This document shows positions 6,964-10,076 of a DNA stretch of 10,076 nucleotides, one piece after another. Both the position numbers and the translations under genes were made by a program. The first letter of the stretch is position 1. Each line of letters starts with the position of its first letter. This DNA is from Candidatus Nanohaloarchaea archaeon. GTDB taxonomy: Archaea > Nanohalarchaeota > Nanosalinia > Nanosalinales > Nanosalinaceae. The notes beneath the pieces are model-generated. The model saw only the letters and a program-made list of their open reading frames with translations. It searched no databases and had not been told where the DNA came from. Location: assembly GCA_041639695.1 (NCBI GenBank), contig JBEQBQ010000024.1, positions 1 through 10,076 on the forward strand, read 5' to 3'.

Positions 6964-7317
6964 ATGAAGAAACTTGGAAACGTCTTGATCGAAGTAATGC
7001 AGGACCTCTCTAGAGTCTCGACTAACGGAGAGGCGACCGTCAAAGTCAACAGAACCATGTGTTCTCCAGAAAGATTTGAGCAACTGTTCAACTACTTTTC
7101 GAAAGGAACGATACTCGAAAGAATCAACCTAAACGTCCAGCCGATGGACTCCAAACTTGAATGCGGTTGCGGATACGCCGAAGTTATCGACGAAGATCAC
7201 AACGGCTACGATCGATGTCCGCAGTGCGGAAGGTTCGCCGACATCAAAGATACCGACTATCAGCTAGTTGATCCTCACCCTGAGAAGGCTATGGAACGGA
7301 AGAGCATCCGATTCTGA
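6964..7317 (+). CDS. HypA-like zinc-binding protein (117 aa), lacking the N-terminal MHE motif
   Basis: Likely start MKKLGN at 6964. SPERFEQLF..FSKGTILE..LNV..ECGCGY..RCPQCG follows the HypA layout (PE.L.F....GT...A.L.I....CxC/CxxC...CPxCG). Confidence 0.7.
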   Translation: MKKLGNVLIEVMQDLSRVSTNGEATVKVNRTMCSPERFEQLFNYFSKGTILERINLNVQPMDSKLECGCGYAEVIDEDHNGYDRCPQCGRFADIKDTDYQLVDPHPEKAMERKSIRF

Positions 7318-7575
7318 CAAGGATTTAAAACAATTCGCTACAGTATAACTTCTATGCTTTCGGCATTCAAACTTGACGTTTCTTCGATGACCGAGAGCAT
7401 GACCGCTATCATTTCGACTATTACTATTATGCCGATCAACTAAGAGTTCTTGATCGGCCTCGTTAATGTTTCTGAACAACTCGAGGTTGACCATAAAAAT
7501 GAAAACTGAAACACAACACCGCAACGATGCACCACGAAGAAAACCCCTGAAAAACTCTGGAAAGGAGAGCTATCG

Positions 7576-7893
7576 ATGTCTCTAACGCAAGAAACAGAAG
7601 AAAGTTACGATAGACCTTTAGATCTTCGAATCGATATAAAGGAAACAGATTACGATAATCTGAAAGAACACGAAGGTTCTGAGATACGTAATATTGCGGG
7701 TGCCGAAGCTGTTGACGTTTACTCGGGAGAGGGCTGGAACGATTCAGAGCTTACCGCTAGAGCCATGGAACTTGAAGACGGCAGTTACATCCTTTCCGTC
7801 ACCGAACATAAAAACGATAGCTCTTCCGAAGTGGAAGATCTCGGACCGGTTTACAACATTCTGGACGGCAAGCCTCCAAAAGGTTTCCCTTAA
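7576..7893 (+). CDS. Hypothetical acidic protein (105 aa)
   Basis: ATG preceded by SD-like AAAGGAGAG (7561-7569). Strongly acidic. Ends just before the tRNA-Lys promoter region. Confidence 0.7.
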   Translation: MSLTQETEESYDRPLDLRIDIKETDYDNLKEHEGSEIRNIAGAEAVDVYSGEGWNDSELTARAMELEDGSYILSVTEHKNDSSSEVEDLGPVYNILDGKPPKGFP

Positions 7894-7928
7894 AAAATTT
7901 CTTTCTTCTCTTTCAATTGTACCGGCTT

Positions 7929-8002
7929 GGGCCGGTAGCTCAGTCTGGCAGAGCGCTTGGCTCTTAACCAAGTGGTCGCGGGTTCAAATCCCGTCTGGCC
8001 CA
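7929..8002 (+). tRNA. tRNA-Lys (CTT), intronless
   Basis: Acceptor GGGCCGG/CTGGCCC, D stem GCTC/GAGC, anticodon arm CTTGG-CTCTTAA-CCAAG (CTT at 7963-7965), T arm GCGGG-TTCAAAT-CCCGT. Discriminator A; CCA not encoded. Confidence 0.97.
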
Positions 8003-8060
8003 TTTACACCATATAGATTTCTCCGCCCGGTTTAGATTAACAGATAAGACATCTCCACAA

Positions 8061-8070
8061 AAAATATAAG
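8061..8070 (+). promoter_or_regulatory. Putative TATA box for a leaderless transcript of the JAB-like gene
   Basis: AAAATATAAG centred about 27 nt upstream of ATG 8093; no SD sequence present. Confidence 0.45.
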
Positions 8071-8092
8071 TGTTACTAACTAATAACAACAT

Positions 8093-8617
8093 ATGACTCG
8101 TACCTTTACTATTCCTCAAGGTCAAGCCAAAAAATTGATAGCCTTTGCTAAAGCTTATGAAGAGGAAGTTGCTGGAAGATTACTTTACAGACAGGAAGGA
8201 AATAAATGTATTGTCGATGGCGGCTACTTGACAGGATCCGGAACTGAGACATCCCTTAGTGAAGACGATGAAGCGTTAGAAGTAGTTCAGACATTCTTAA
8301 ACAGAAATCCTGATTGGAATCAAGCGCCCTACCATACACACACTCGAAAGACTATAGACAGACACGGAGACCACTTTGAACAAAACTGGTCACAACAAGA
8401 TAGAGACCAAATAGAAGAAGGTATGAGACGCGACCCCGAGTACATGGCAGTATTGGCGACCCCAGAAGCCATACTTGTAGATGGAACTGATAATCCGGAA
8501 TTGAAAGTATTGCAGAGTCAAGAAGAAACATCATATAATGAAGCTGTAGGAGACTCATTAGACAAAATAGCTGATGAATTAGGATATGAAGAAGACTGGG
8601 ATCTTACAGAGTACTAA
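8093..8617 (+). CDS. JAB/MPN+ (JAMM) metalloprotease-like protein
   Basis: N-terminal strand-helix followed by EEVAGRL (catalytic E..G.L), YHTHT (HxH), WSQQD (SxxD) and a hydrophobic strand YMAVLATP. Confidence 0.7.
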   Translation: MTRTFTIPQGQAKKLIAFAKAYEEEVAGRLLYRQEGNKCIVDGGYLTGSGTETSLSEDDEALEVVQTFLNRNPDWNQAPYHTHTRKTIDRHGDHFEQNWSQQDRDQIEEGMRRDPEYMAVLATPEAILVDGTDNPELKVLQSQEETSYNEAVGDSLDKIADELGYEEDWDLTEY

Positions 8618-8722
8618 TATCTGTAAGGACACATAGTCTTCCCCCGGCAGAATACTGAGCTTATGGAGTAATACCTCGTCTGGCCAACCCATTCTAGATA
8701 ACTGAGAAACTAAGAAAATTAA

Positions 8723-9157
8723 TCCATTTCTCCAACACTTAAACTTTCGGACACGTTAAGGAACGAACAGCTCAAAACATCTTATCCAGGGGATAAACTC
8801 TGGGACCTGAACTCGAAACAAGACCTTCTGAAGCAGATAAAACCCGGAACCTTTCACCTTTTCATACAAATTCTCCAAGTCAATTCAGGAAAGGACGTCA
8901 GGAAGAACAGGCCTTTCGAATGGCAGCTGGACGCTGAGGGAAGCGGCACCCTGTACGTGAAGGACTAGTCCTACCAAGAGAACGGAGCATCCTTCAAAGT
9001 GCTCTACAGAATCACGGAAGAAGCACAGGACCCTCTCTTTAACGCGGAGGACTACCTGACCGGGCGCTTCGGTCAACCCATCGAGCTTCAAGATAACGGC
9101 TTCGATAACATGGGGGATGCCTACAGGTACGCTGAAGGAATTGTACGATCTGAATAG
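8723..9157 (+). pseudogene. Interrupted reading frame (145 codons, one internal TAG, no ATG at its 5' end)
   Basis: Frame reads SISPTLKLSDTLRNEQL..TLYVKD*SYQENGASFKVLYRITEEAQDPLF..YAEGIVRSE* with TAG at 8966-8968. The acidic 3' half ends 9 nt before the convergent Dph6 stop. Confidence 0.55.
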
Positions 9158-9166
9158 CCGGGAGTT

Positions 9167-10075
9167 CTAGCCCGGGAAGCCGGTTACCTCTGTCTCGTAC
9201 TCACCGCCCTCTCCTGCTGCGTTGAAGCCGTACTCTTTCGAGAGCTCAACCAGCTCCTCAACAGACTCCTCATCCAGAGTATCGCCGACCCATGATTCAT
9301 CGAGGCCTCTAGCTGCAGTACGGGTAATCTCTACCTCAAAACCTTCCCTGATCAGCCATTTCATGTAACGTTCCTGGTTTTCCTGCCAGAGAGGTGCAAA
9401 GACCTTCAGACCAAGCTTCTCAGCTACCTTCTCAACCCGATCACGTTGATAGGTTGATTCTATCGCTCCAGCAACTACACCCTCAACCCCATACTTCTCC
9501 GTCGCTTTCCTCAAACCCTCCTCAAGATCATCCAGCTCTTCCTCCTTCTCACCTTCAGTCTTCTGAACAATTAGAGGTGCACCTATCTTTTCAGCCTGCC
9601 TCTCTATAGCCGATTTATCTTTCCTTGAGTCAAACATGTAGCTATCCTTATTCTTCGATCTCAAAGTTAGCAGACAGGATATTTCGTTGTTTCTTCTCTT
9701 CATCCTGTATATTGCGGCGTTCGAATCCTTTCCTCCAGAAGTTAAACCGACAAGCTTCCTGTTCGGTTTATCACGGAAAGAGTTTAGATATGACTGTTTA
9801 TGGTCGAAGCCTTTGTCTTTTGAAAGCCTTGAGATTGCTTTATCGAAGTTTGAGCCGTACTGGGCCGCCGTCTTCTTCCTCCACGCAACCTTTTCCGGTA
9901 CGCCCAGTTTTTCTGCCGCTTTACGCAGAACGTACTTCCTGTAATCTTCTCTTACTTTGTATTCTTCAGGTATTGTTAATGCGTGTTCAATTAGTTCGTG
10001 GTCGAGAAACGGAAGCCTTAGTTCGTAGCCGTTCCTGAAACTGATTACGTTATCCCTGTAGAGATCACCCTCAAA
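9167..10075 (-). CDS. Asparagine synthetase (C-terminal domain) fused to diphthine--ammonia ligase (Dph6 / PP-loop ATPase); 5'-truncated by the window edge
   Basis: Frame is open from 10075 with no stop: DLYRDN..ELRLPFLD..RKYVLRKAA..WRKKTAAQYGS (AsnB), a linker, then RKLVGLTSGGKDS (SGGKDS at 9722-9739), SYMF, GAIESTYQRDRVE, PLWQ, GEGGEYET (Dph6). The ORF-track start at 9703 is internal. Confidence 0.92.
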   Translation of the reverse strand, partial: FEGDLYRDNVISFRNGYELRLPFLDHELIEHALTIPEEYKVREDYRKYVLRKAAEKLGVPEKVAWRKKTAAQYGSNFDKAISRLSKDKGFDHKQSYLNSFRDKPNRKLVGLTSGGKDSNAAIYRMKRRNNEISCLLTLRSKNKDSYMFDSRKDKSAIERQAEKIGAPLIVQKTEGEKEEELDDLEEGLRKATEKYGVEGVVAGAIESTYQRDRVEKVAEKLGLKVFAPLWQENQERYMKWLIREGFEVEITRTAARGLDESWVGDTLDEESVEELVELSKEYGFNAAGEGGEYETEVTGFPG

Positions 10076-10076
10076 G

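Noticed and set aside
4605-7443. A complete lanthipeptide biosynthetic cluster
   Set aside because: No kinase, LanC cyclase, transporter, protease or Cys-containing precursor is present; only the lyase domain.
7264-8035. ORFs 7264-7524(-), 7694-8035(+), 7744-7971(-) and the 28-aa ORF 7499-7585(+)
   Set aside because: They overlap real genes or tRNA-Lys, are basic or non-acidic, and contain no motifs.
7929-8968. tRNA as an amber suppressor or pyrrolysine tRNA for the TAG at 8966
   Set aside because: The anticodon is CTT, not CTA, the body is a standard tRNA-Lys, and no pyl genes are present.
8352-10038. ORFs 8352-8558(-), 8885-9091(-), 9394-9609(+), 9625-10038(+), 9687-9944(+)
   Set aside because: They are antisense shadows of the JAB gene, the interrupted frame and the AsnB-Dph6 fusion.
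1-10076. CRISPR array, IS element, integrase or rRNA
   Set aside because: I saw no regularly spaced repeats, terminal inverted repeats, transposase/recombinase motifs or rRNA-like sequence.

Overview
Compact archaeal chromosomal window with a strongly acidic proteome and convergent genes overlapping by 4 nt. It most likely comes from a halophilic DPANN lineage (Nanohaloarchaeota-like); this is inferred from composition and gene content. Housekeeping genes: 3' part of glyS, an AN1-zinc-finger rhomboid protease, tRNA-splicing endonuclease endA, RNase HII, initiator tRNA-Met carrying a 31-nt D-loop intron, tRNA-Lys(CTT), and a 5'-truncated in-frame fusion of asparagine synthetase and Dph6. Orphan or divergent genes sit between them: a stand-alone OspF/SpvC/LanKC-type phospho-Ser/Thr lyase, a PRTase with an atypical PRPP loop, a HypA-like protein lacking its Ni-binding N-terminus, a JAB/MPN+ metalloprotease, three acidic hypotheticals and a TAG-interrupted reading frame. 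Main highlights are the solo phosphothreonine lyase, an EndA with Ala at the catalytic Lys position close to a non-canonical tRNA intron, the AsnB-Dph6 fusion, and an ORB-like/AT-rich intergenic region. All family calls come from motifs recognised by eye; no searches were run.
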